IMG/VR virus record: IMGVR_UViG_3300030102_008735
Span: 17,422-81,421 of that record
Source of the DNA: a virus
Taxonomy: Duplodnaviria; Caudoviricetes
DNA length: 64,000 nt
Strand: one strand, 5' to 3'
The position numbers and the translations under genes are program-made. The notes under the pieces were generated by a model. That model was not told the origin of the DNA. It saw only the letters and a program-made list of their open reading frames with translations, and searched no databases. Positions 50,984-58,625 of the stretch are shown piece by piece; position 1 is the stretch's first letter; every line of letters begins with the position of its first letter.

Positions 50984-51870
50984 AACTAAAAGTATTCAAA
51001 AAATTATTAAGAAACGAAATAATTAATGTATTGAAAGAAAATGCTGTTCCTGATCATGATGGTAAATCTGCCCCATTTGGTTCTGGGTATAAAAAAATGA
51101 ATGAACTTGATGACAATGAAGGGCAAATGGCTAAAGCACAACTTGAACGTTCAATGGAATATTCAAAAATGATATACGATTTTATGATTGATTTTGGTGG
51201 TGACTCTGATAAGTTACAGTTTCCTGCATGGGTTCAGTCAAAGTTAACAAAGTCAATGGACTATTTACAAAGTGTATACAATTATTTAGATGGCAAGGAT
51301 GGATTGGCAGATGATCCATCAGCATTAAGAAAGAAACAGGAATCTCATGTATATGGTCATGATGATGAAGATAGTGAATTAAATGAAGCTAGTTTTGCTG
51401 GTGATGTATCATCAATTAGAAAGGGTCTCAGATTATTCAAAATAGATTCTCCTAAAACATATAAAATATTAGATAGAAAATTCAAACTAACTAAGATATT
51501 AAATGTCCTTAATAAGTTGCAAGATTATATGGATGATGTCGAAGATGGAAAGATAAAACTTGGTGAAAGCAAATTAAATGAAGATGTATTCAAATCATTT
51601 TTAAGAGATGACCCAGCATTCAAATTATATACTGCAAAAAATACTGATAACCGAAAAAGTGTAATGGCTAGAAAAACTGACAGGACTTTTGATGATGGAG
51701 TGCCAGTACTAAAATTTATTGCAAGAGCACCAAAAAAACCTGCACCTTTGCCAAAAGGTTCATTTAAGATTATAGAAGACAATAAACATGGTTGGTGGTA
51801 TTACCAAGTTGGTAGTACATGGTATGGTATAAGACAAAAAGATTATGGAACACCACCATTTGAATATTAA
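50980..51870 (+). CDS. Putative internal head polyprotein
   Basis: MKLKVFKKLLRNEIINVLKE; junctions KMNE, ELNE, KLGE, KLNE. Confidence 0.6.
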   Translation: MKLKVFKKLLRNEIINVLKENAVPDHDGKSAPFGSGYKKMNELDDNEGQMAKAQLERSMEYSKMIYDFMIDFGGDSDKLQFPAWVQSKLTKSMDYLQSVYNYLDGKDGLADDPSALRKKQESHVYGHDDEDSELNEASFAGDVSSIRKGLRLFKIDSPKTYKILDRKFKLTKILNVLNKLQDYMDDVEDGKIKLGESKLNEDVFKSFLRDDPAFKLYTAKNTDNRKSVMARKTDRTFDDGVPVLKFIARAPKKPAPLPKGSFKIIEDNKHGWWYYQVGSTWYGIRQKDYGTPPFEY

Positions 51871-51890
51871 TTAATGGAGAAAAATAAATA

Positions 51891-52520
51891 ATGCCATATA
51901 CAATTAGAAAACAGAAATGTAAGCAAGCTGATGGTGACTCTGGAAGTTATGTTCTTTCATATACTTCTAAAAAAGGTAAAAAATATAATAACTGTCACAC
52001 TTCTAAAAAAGGAGCTCAAGACCAGATTGCTGCAATAGAAGGACCTAGAGAAATGGCTGAAAATTTTAAAGAACTATTAAAGAAAGAAGTTAAAAAAGCA
52101 ATTGCTGAAATCGCTTCAGATGAAAGTAAAGTAAAACATAATAGACATTTAGATGAAGAACTACTAGTTCGTAATGAAGACCGTGAATGTTTTATTGAAT
52201 ACATAAAGGAAACATGTAGACCTGAAAATATCCAAGAAGCCGAATATCAAGGAAGACAGGTTAAATTAAATAAAGTAACTAGGACTACCGGTGATAAGAA
52301 ATTTCAGGTATATGTTAAAGATCCAAAAACAAAGAATATTAAAAAGATATCATTTGGTGATGGAACAGGTCTTAGTATTAAAACAAAAGATCCAGATAGA
52401 AGAAGAAACTTTAGAGCAAGACACAATTGTGACACTCCTGGACCTAAAACAAAAGCAAGATACTGGTCATGTAGAATGTGGTCAGGACCAGATGCTGTTA
52501 AGAATATGTTAAAGAAATGA
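51891..52520 (+). CDS. Putative internal head polyprotein with a C-terminal AEYQGR..RARHNC..ARYWSC module
   Basis: Junctions AIAE, YIKE, NIQE; the C-terminal module resembles a basic domain of large marine myoviruses. Confidence 0.6.
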   Translation: MPYTIRKQKCKQADGDSGSYVLSYTSKKGKKYNNCHTSKKGAQDQIAAIEGPREMAENFKELLKKEVKKAIAEIASDESKVKHNRHLDEELLVRNEDRECFIEYIKETCRPENIQEAEYQGRQVKLNKVTRTTGDKKFQVYVKDPKTKNIKKISFGDGTGLSIKTKDPDRRRNFRARHNCDTPGPKTKARYWSCRMWSGPDAVKNMLKK

Positions 52521-52810
52521 TAAAACTAAAAAACATAATAGAAATGAATAGGATTGGTAATTTTACCTGGTCCGGACATATTGAAAGGGGAAGATCATTA
52601 GATAATACTGTTGGTGGTCAACCTGCTGGAAAATCGGTTCCTAGACGTGTTGCTGAAGATGACTATGCAGGAACACCAGCTGGTATATCCCTTAAGAATG
52701 AATTTGTTGGTGCAATATCTTTAGGCTTACTTATTAAATTTTTAGTAAGATACTTAAAAAGAAATCCTCAACATATGAATAAAATAAAATCATTTGTAAA
52801 AAAACTATAA
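52517..52810 (+). CDS. Putative internal head protein with a C-terminal amphipathic peptide
   Basis: MIKLKNIIE tag; LKNE junction. Confidence 0.6.
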   Translation: MIKLKNIIEMNRIGNFTWSGHIERGRSLDNTVGGQPAGKSVPRRVAEDDYAGTPAGISLKNEFVGAISLGLLIKFLVRYLKRNPQHMNKIKSFVKKL

Positions 52811-52821
52811 GTGGAATAATT

Positions 52822-53721
52822 ATGATAAATTTAAAAAACATAGCAGAAGAAAGTAATTTAATTCCTAAAGACACAGGACCTATATTTGGATATCTCAATG
52901 AAATATCTACAAAGCAAGGATTAGAAGATGTAATGAAAGGAAGAACTACTTCTATTGAAGGTATTAAAGTATCAAAGGACTTAGCCCAAGGTTTAATGAG
53001 TTTTATTAATATGTCACCTTATGGTAGAAAATATGGTAAACAAATAATGAAAGGTCGTTTTGCTTCATTAATTCGTCCAGCAAATGCATTTGGAGTTGAA
53101 CGATATCTATCACCAAAAGCCAAAAAGGAATTTAAAACAATATTTAAAAATATGAAATCTTCTAATGAAATAAAGGAAGAAAAGAAAGATATCTTACTTG
53201 GAAAAAAGAAAGGGCCAGCTGGAGCAGATCCAAAAAAGACTCCAGGATATTACAAAGGACTTTCTAAAAAAGATAAAGAGGAAAGGTCTAGGGTGATAAA
53301 AAGAAGAACAGCAATGGACGATGATGATCCAGATGCATATAAAGCATTTAGAAGCGATAAAGGTGTAAAGACAAAACCATCGGTTCATACAAATAAATTT
53401 AAAAAAATGTTTGGTGAACAAAAGTGGAATACTTTAAGAGAAGTATTTAGAATGTCAAAAGGTCTAAATGAAATGAGTGCAGCTGTAAAAAAAGCACTAA
53501 AAACAAAAGCTGAAAAATCAGGAATGCCATTTGGAGTACTTAAGCAAGTATTTAATAGAGGAATGGCTGCATGGAAAACAGGACATAGGCCTGGGGCAAG
53601 TCAACAACAATGGGGATATGCAAGAGTAAATAGTTTTGCAACAAAAAGTCCAGGAACTTGGGGTAAAGCAGATAAAGATTTAGCTAAAAAAGTTAGAGAT
53701 AGGAAGAAGAAAAAGAAATGA
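52822..53721 (+). CDS. Putative internal head polyprotein (C-terminal DUF5824-like module)
   Basis: MINLKNIAEE tag; junctions YLNE, IKEE, MFGE, TLRE, GLNE; RGMAAWKTGHRPGASQQQWGYARVNSF. Confidence 0.65.
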   Translation: MINLKNIAEESNLIPKDTGPIFGYLNEISTKQGLEDVMKGRTTSIEGIKVSKDLAQGLMSFINMSPYGRKYGKQIMKGRFASLIRPANAFGVERYLSPKAKKEFKTIFKNMKSSNEIKEEKKDILLGKKKGPAGADPKKTPGYYKGLSKKDKEERSRVIKRRTAMDDDDPDAYKAFRSDKGVKTKPSVHTNKFKKMFGEQKWNTLREVFRMSKGLNEMSAAVKKALKTKAEKSGMPFGVLKQVFNRGMAAWKTGHRPGASQQQWGYARVNSFATKSPGTWGKADKDLAKKVRDRKKKKK

Positions 53722-53969
53722 TAAAATTAACAGATATATTGATCCAGGTATGTAATGAAGATGTTAGAAAAGTTGGCAATAAATTTTGTGCATATGTAGA
53801 TGATAAACTAACTAAGGCTGAAAAAGAAAACAATCCTAAAAAATATAAAGGTAAAAAGATTGGAAGTATCCAAAGAACTAAATCTGGTAAACCTAGAATG
53901 AAAGCACGTGCATGTTACCAGTCAAGAAAAAAGGCCAATAATGCAATGGCAGCTGCAATGATGGGATAG
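53718..53969 (+). CDS. Putative internal head protein
   Basis: MIKLTDILIQVCNE tag, then a basic module. Confidence 0.6.
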   Translation: MIKLTDILIQVCNEDVRKVGNKFCAYVDDKLTKAEKENNPKKYKGKKIGSIQRTKSGKPRMKARACYQSRKKANNAMAAAMMG

Positions 53970-53973
53970 AAAA

Positions 53974-54246
53974 ATGATTAAATTAAAAACCATATTGGAA
54001 AAATTTGATAGTAAAGCTCAGCAGAGGTTTCTATATGCAACAGATCCTAAAGCCGCAAAAGAAAAAGGCGAAAAAATGACCAAAAAGGATTATGAAGAAT
54101 TACCAGATAAAGTAAATGAAATTAGCCCAGGCCCTTTTGGAATAACAATGGCTATAGGAGTAATATTGAAAGCACTATTAAAGTGGTATCAACAAGCAAA
54201 CTCGTCTGATAAGAAAAAACTAAAAAAGTTTGTGGATGATCTGTGA
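53974..54246 (+). CDS. Putative internal head protein with a C-terminal amphipathic peptide
   Basis: MIKLKTILE tag; KVNE junction. Confidence 0.6.
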   Translation: MIKLKTILEKFDSKAQQRFLYATDPKAAKEKGEKMTKKDYEELPDKVNEISPGPFGITMAIGVILKALLKWYQQANSSDKKKLKKFVDDL

Positions 54247-55214
54247 TTAATCTAAAAGACATATTACCTGAAGCAGAAAAAAGGACCCCAAGAAAAAAAG
54301 GCCAAAAGAAGAAAAGTAGTAAACATTCTGATTTATTTACTGATGAAGATCCTAAAGGTACAATTCATGGACTAGGATTTAAAGATGCCAAAACGGCGAG
54401 TGCCGGTGTTGCTAAAATCAATAAGGCCAAACGAACTCATGCACATAAAGTTCAGGCAACATTGGTAATGAAACAACGTGCAAAAGTTGCAAAAGAAAGA
54501 ACAAAGGATCCAGAAAAGAAAAAAGATCTAAATGCAGCCTTTAGAGTATGGTCAGCACATTTAGAAAAACTTAAAGCAAAGACTAAAAAAATGAATGAAA
54601 TGAGTGCAACGGCAAAAAAGCATGGTAAGTTTGGTTTAACAAATGTACCGTTTCCTACAGAAGAACCTAATGAATTTGCATATATGGATTTTGTGAATTA
54701 CATCAAAAAAAATGAAAAGAAAATGATTAAATTTCTTAAACCAATTAGACCTGATGCAATGTTTAAAGCTTTAGAAAATATATGGTCAGGATGGGATAGA
54801 AAAACTAACCAAGGAGCTTTTTCAAATATTCGAGGCAATAAGTTTGGTAGAAAACTAGTTTTAATGCTAAGAAATGATGGTTTATTATTTAATAAGGACA
54901 GTAATAAGATAACAAACCTTAAGGAGAAAAGTATGAAATTAAAAAAAATAGCAGAAGCATCAAATGTCTGGAAAATATTTGATATGAAACAAAAGTTACA
55001 AGGTGATATCATAGATCTTGAAATGGATATGAAAATGATCAATAAAGATTTAAGCCAACTTCATAAGGATATGGAACAGGAAGCTGAACCGGAAGGTGGT
55101 CCTAAAGCCACTATGTATGGTAGAGAGATTGAAAAGAAAGAAAAAGAATATAAAAAGAAAAAAATGGAATTCAAAAAACTTATGGCTAAATTAGATAGAT
55201 TAGAGATGTTTTAA
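54243..55214 (+). CDS. Putative internal head polyprotein with an internal RBS/ATG at 54933
   Basis: MINLKDILPE tag; HSDLFTDEDPKGTIHGLGFKD module; junctions KMNE, NLKE; internal MKLKKIAE. Confidence 0.65.
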   Translation: MINLKDILPEAEKRTPRKKGQKKKSSKHSDLFTDEDPKGTIHGLGFKDAKTASAGVAKINKAKRTHAHKVQATLVMKQRAKVAKERTKDPEKKKDLNAAFRVWSAHLEKLKAKTKKMNEMSATAKKHGKFGLTNVPFPTEEPNEFAYMDFVNYIKKNEKKMIKFLKPIRPDAMFKALENIWSGWDRKTNQGAFSNIRGNKFGRKLVLMLRNDGLLFNKDSNKITNLKEKSMKLKKIAEASNVWKIFDMKQKLQGDIIDLEMDMKMINKDLSQLHKDMEQEAEPEGGPKATMYGREIEKKEKEYKKKKMEFKKLMAKLDRLEMF

Positions 55215-55301
55215 ATAACAAGGGAAGCACAACGGCGGTGACGCTATGAAAAAATGTTTCAAAATCGGTTAATTAAAGGTTGCTATTTGATATATATTAA
55301 T

Positions 55302-55526
55302 ATGAACACGTATAATCATGTGGTAACGCATAAATATAGAAGAATAAATGGTCAGCAGGCCTTTTTGGTTAATTTAGTAGATGGGGCTTCAGGAAGTCCT
55401 CTAGAATCAAAAGTTGCTGATACAGAAAAAGAAAAGGTTATGATCGCAAATCAAATGGCTGAAAAGCATTCAGTTTCAAAAATAAGTCACAACACAGGAT
55501 ATTCATTAGTGGCTAAAAATCAATAG
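55302..55526 (+). CDS. Hypothetical protein
   Basis: In-frame ATG 55302 preferred over the 55254 start. Confidence 0.6.
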   Translation: MNTYNHVVTHKYRRINGQQAFLVNLVDGASGSPLESKVADTEKEKVMIANQMAEKHSVSKISHNTGYSLVAKNQ

Positions 55527-55532
55527 GAAATG

Positions 55533-55564
55533 TTTTAATATATCAAGTTTTTTTGTTATATTTG
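55533..55564 (+). promoter_or_regulatory. Conserved phage promoter, copy 4 (perfect TAnnTTTG)
   Basis: TTTTAATATATCAA-N6-TTGTTATATTTG. Confidence 0.7.
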
Positions 55565-55576
55565 TATACTAAGAAA

Positions 55577-55594
55577 ATTGCTCATGAGAGCAAT
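55577..55594 (+). promoter_or_regulatory. 5'-UTR hairpin
   Basis: ATTGCTC-ATGA-GAGCAAT, perfect 7-bp stem. Confidence 0.55.
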
Positions 55595-55637
55595 CTAAAC
55601 TGAAGGGATGAGATAGGAATAGAAATAGGAGAATTAT

Positions 55638-56051
55638 ATGAGAAATTTAATTTTAACATTAGCTTTAGTATGTGGATTTGTTTTCACATCAGAAGCACAA
55701 AACGCTAAAGGCGATTGGTATGTAGGAACTGGTGATATCACTGGAGTTTCTTGGACTGACTGGGCAATTGATGCAACAGTTGGTTATGCATTTACGGATG
55801 CATTAATACTAGGCGGAAGCATATCTCAGGATAATGCAGATGCTGATATGAATCTAGATTTTTATGCTAGATACTTTTGGAACGGTGTGTTTATTCACGC
55901 TGGCATGAATGGTCTCAACTTTGATGAGATGGAGTTAGGTATAGGTAAACAACTTTCTTTAAGAAATAATGTTTATGTAGACCCAACATTAATTTACAAT
56001 GCGGGAGCTGAAACTGTAAACCTAGGAATAGGTTTCGGATTTAAGTTCTAA
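55638..56051 (+). CDS. Small (about 8-stranded) outer-membrane beta-barrel protein
   Basis: Signal peptide ending SEA-Q; KGDWYVG; C-terminal GIGFGFKF. Confidence 0.8.
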   Translation: MRNLILTLALVCGFVFTSEAQNAKGDWYVGTGDITGVSWTDWAIDATVGYAFTDALILGGSISQDNADADMNLDFYARYFWNGVFIHAGMNGLNFDEMELGIGKQLSLRNNVYVDPTLIYNAGAETVNLGIGFGFKF

Positions 56052-56110
56052 TTTAAACCTACATCACCTTCAGTAATTATTAATCTTTAAAAAATTTAAA
56101 GGAGAAAACA

Positions 56111-56335
56111 ATGGATTCAGTAATCAAACATGTAAATGGATTTTTCGGTGGATTAGGTACTTTAATGTTAGCTATCTTACCAGTAACAATCTTATGGCAA
56201 GTACTTACAGGTACTACTGTGTTTGGAATGGATGTTATTGCTAATCTCTCTACTCTTGTAAGTTCACTAGGTAATGGTGGATTTGTAGGACTAGTAGTAT
56301 TAGTAATAATTGCTTCATTCTTTATGAAGAAATAG
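56111..56335 (+). CDS. Small hydrophobic membrane protein
   Basis: Two TM-like segments; strong AAAGGAGA RBS. Confidence 0.8.
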   Translation: MDSVIKHVNGFFGGLGTLMLAILPVTILWQVLTGTTVFGMDVIANLSTLVSSLGNGGFVGLVVLVIIASFFMKK

Positions 56336-56355
56336 TTACTTTTTATTAGTATTAG

Positions 56356-56389
56356 AAGGCCTCAGAGAAATTTGGGGCCTTTTTATTTT
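56356..56389 (+). terminator. Rho-independent terminator
   Basis: AGGCCTCAGA-GAAA-TTTGGGGCCT followed by a T-tract. Confidence 0.85.
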
Positions 56390-56417
56390 ATTTTGTCAAT
56401 AATTTTTGTTATATTTA
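56386..56417 (+). promoter_or_regulatory. Conserved phage promoter, copy 5
   Basis: TTTTATTTTGTCAA-N6-TTGTTATATTTA. Confidence 0.7.
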
Positions 56418-56424
56418 TTTATCT

Positions 56425-56595
56425 ATGGAAACAACAGCATTTAATAAAGGATGGAAAATAATATCATCCTGTAAAGATAGGGACCAAATATATGTGGCAT
56501 TTAACTATGTTAACAATTTTAGAAATATGTTTGGTCATACATTAAAATATAGATATTTATACAACTATTGTGTTAAAAGAAAAAAATTATTATGA
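56425..56595 (+). CDS. 56-aa hypothetical protein (not in ORF track)
   Basis: METTAFNKGWKIISSC...KRKKLL* directly after the promoter. Confidence 0.6.
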   Translation: METTAFNKGWKIISSCKDRDQIYVAFNYVNNFRNMFGHTLKYRYLYNYCVKRKKLL

Positions 56596-56676
56596 ATAAA
56601 TATTGGACAACAAATACAACTTATGGTGATATTGAAATAAATTACATAATAACCAAAACAGATAAGGAGATTACGC

Positions 56677-56910
56677 ATGGGTATGAACAAGAGATATGTT
56701 AGTAAAGAAAATCTAATCAGGGAATATAGGGATTCAGGAATGGCTGGAGTTGAAGAATTTTTACTATCAGCTGATGCATTAATAATAATGGATGACTTTA
56801 CTTCTACAGTTGTAGAATACTTTGGAAGTGAAATGATTAATGACTCTGAAAGATGGAATGAAATATCTAGACTTATTTCCTTTGAATCAATAAAGCATGG
56901 ATATAGTTAG
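56677..56910 (+). CDS. Hypothetical protein
   Basis: AAGGAGA RBS. Confidence 0.7.
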   Translation: MGMNKRYVSKENLIREYRDSGMAGVEEFLLSADALIIMDDFTSTVVEYFGSEMINDSERWNEISRLISFESIKHGYS

Positions 56911-57415
56911 AAAGAGACATAGTAAAAGACCACTGTTAAAGGCTGAAATAGAGTTAGCCATGCAAAACACAAGGTCAAATAAAGAAGCCGCTAGGTTTCT
57001 AGGTGTATCATATAATACATATAAAAAATATGCAAAAATGTATAAGGATGATGATACACAAAAAACTCTTTTTGATAAACACTTAAATCTTTTTGGACGA
57101 GGTATACCAAAAAAACGTGATTATCATAAGATTCCTTTAAATGAAATACTTGAAGGTAAACATCCAACATATCCACGAAATATACTAAAAGAAAGATTAA
57201 TAAAGCATGGCTACAAGGATGGTTCATGTAGTAATTGTGGATTTTGTGAATCTAGGGTAAGTGATGGTAAAATACCACTTCTTTTAGAATTCTATGATGA
57301 AAATACCAATAACTTAGGTATAGATAATCTATACTTATTATGTTATAATTGTCACTATTTACTAATAGGTGGACTAAATGTAAAGAAATCTAATAAATTA
57401 ATGGGAATGGACTAA
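56897..57415 (+). CDS. HTH plus degenerate HNH/Zn-finger protein
   Basis: EAARFLGVSYNTY HTH; CSNCG...NL..DNLYLLCYNCH. Confidence 0.75.
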   Translation: MDIVRKRHSKRPLLKAEIELAMQNTRSNKEAARFLGVSYNTYKKYAKMYKDDDTQKTLFDKHLNLFGRGIPKKRDYHKIPLNEILEGKHPTYPRNILKERLIKHGYKDGSCSNCGFCESRVSDGKIPLLLEFYDENTNNLGIDNLYLLCYNCHYLLIGGLNVKKSNKLMGMD

Positions 57416-57416
57416 T

Positions 57417-57971
57417 ATGAAAACAGCAATAAAAACAATATTTTTTATAGGATTTACAATTTTATTATTATTTGTATTAAATCAAAATAAAGAAATAGAA
57501 AAATTACATCAAAAGGAAAAAGAATATCATGAAGCACTAGATTTTTTAGATGATATGATAGATAGTTTAAATTTAGAAATAAAAGATCTATTAAAGGATT
57601 TAGATTCTATACCTTCTCCAATAAATGTAAAAGCAACAATGTATCACCCAGTTGAATCACAATGTGATAGTGATCCTTTGATAACGGCTGACGGTAGTAA
57701 AATAGATCCTCATAATGTATCAGATTGGAATTGGATTGCCGTTAGTCAAGATATGCTACTAAAAAATGGTGGAATTTTTGAATACGGAGACCAGGTATAT
57801 ATAAAAGGAACTCATAAGGATGGGGTTTATACAATACATGACTGTATGAATAAAAGAAAGACAAAACAAATTGACTTTTTAGAATCAATAGGTACTAAAC
57901 AATATAAGTATGATAATGTAGAAATATTTGCATTAGATATGTACTCAGAGGTGTATGCGTCAAATGAATAA
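57417..57971 (+). CDS. Membrane-anchored 3D-domain (MltA/RlpA-like) cell-wall enzyme
   Basis: N-terminal TM, coiled coil, VKATMY..QCD..TADG..IAVS.D..HDCMN.R..IDF. Confidence 0.8.
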   Translation: MKTAIKTIFFIGFTILLLFVLNQNKEIEKLHQKEKEYHEALDFLDDMIDSLNLEIKDLLKDLDSIPSPINVKATMYHPVESQCDSDPLITADGSKIDPHNVSDWNWIAVSQDMLLKNGGIFEYGDQVYIKGTHKDGVYTIHDCMNKRKTKQIDFLESIGTKQYKYDNVEIFALDMYSEVYASNE

Positions 57972-58218
57972 AAGAAATAATGAATTCTATATTTTAATAA
58001 AGTGGCATTACAATCCAACAACAAATGCAGTTGGAAAGAAAAAGAACTTACCAGTATTAATGTTAGATTCTCATGGAGATCCGTTAGAATTTGATGACAA
58101 AGATTCAGCAAATGAATTTTTGGAAATAATGAATATCAATACTAATCAAGGATTTAGATATGAAGTTAGACAGATAGGTAAGAAATATCTAAAAGTTAAT
58201 CAGAAAAACTGCAATTGA
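57964..58218 (+). CDS. Hypothetical protein
   Basis: Packed ORF. Confidence 0.65.
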   Translation: MNKRNNEFYILIKWHYNPTTNAVGKKKNLPVLMLDSHGDPLEFDDKDSANEFLEIMNINTNQGFRYEVRQIGKKYLKVNQKNCN

Positions 58219-58249
58219 CAAATTGTCATTAAATTCTGACATATTGTCA
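58216..58249. promoter_or_regulatory. Tandem palindromic operator-like sites TGACA-N3-TGTCA
   Basis: TGACAAATTGTCA (58216) and TGACATATTGTCA (58237), 21 bp apart. Confidence 0.65.
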
Positions 58250-58258
58250 CCTAAAAAA

Positions 58259-58290
58259 TTTTTTTATCCCAATTTAGTTGGTTATATTTA
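58259..58290 (+). promoter_or_regulatory. Conserved phage promoter, copy 6
   Basis: TTTTTTTATCCCAA-N6-TGGTTATATTTA. Confidence 0.75.
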
Positions 58291-58307
58291 TATTAAATAA
58301 AAACAAT

Positions 58308-58625
58308 ATGGCTAACAAGCAAATTAAGAAAATAAAGCATAATCATCCAATTTATCCACCCAGTTTAATGAATTTAAACGGAAAAAAATACTTAATGCCT
58401 GGATGGGTAGAAGTACCAAACAATACTACATTGGATGATATTGATTGGACTCCACCTAAACAACCAGAAACAACTGGTGAGTGGGAGTTTGAGAGTTCAA
58501 GTAGTCCTGGCGTTATGTACAAAGTAACAGAAGTTAGTGGTTCATTAAAATGCGACTGTCCTGGACATCAATATAGAAAAGTAAAGTGTAAACACATAAA
58601 ATCAGTAGAGAATGATAGACAATAA
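58308..58625 (+). CDS. SWIM zinc-finger protein
   Basis: CDCPG..CKH; ATG 58308 preferred because the TTG start lies inside the promoter. Confidence 0.8.
   Translation: MANKQIKKIKHNHPIYPPSLMNLNGKKYLMPGWVEVPNNTTLDDIDWTPPKQPETTGEWEFESSSSPGVMYKVTEVSGSLKCDCPGHQYRKVKCKHIKSVENDRQ

Noticed and set aside
55215-55300. Slightly GC-richer intergenic stretch as a tRNA or ncRNA
   Set aside because: No cloverleaf, T-loop GTTC motif or convincing stem found by eye
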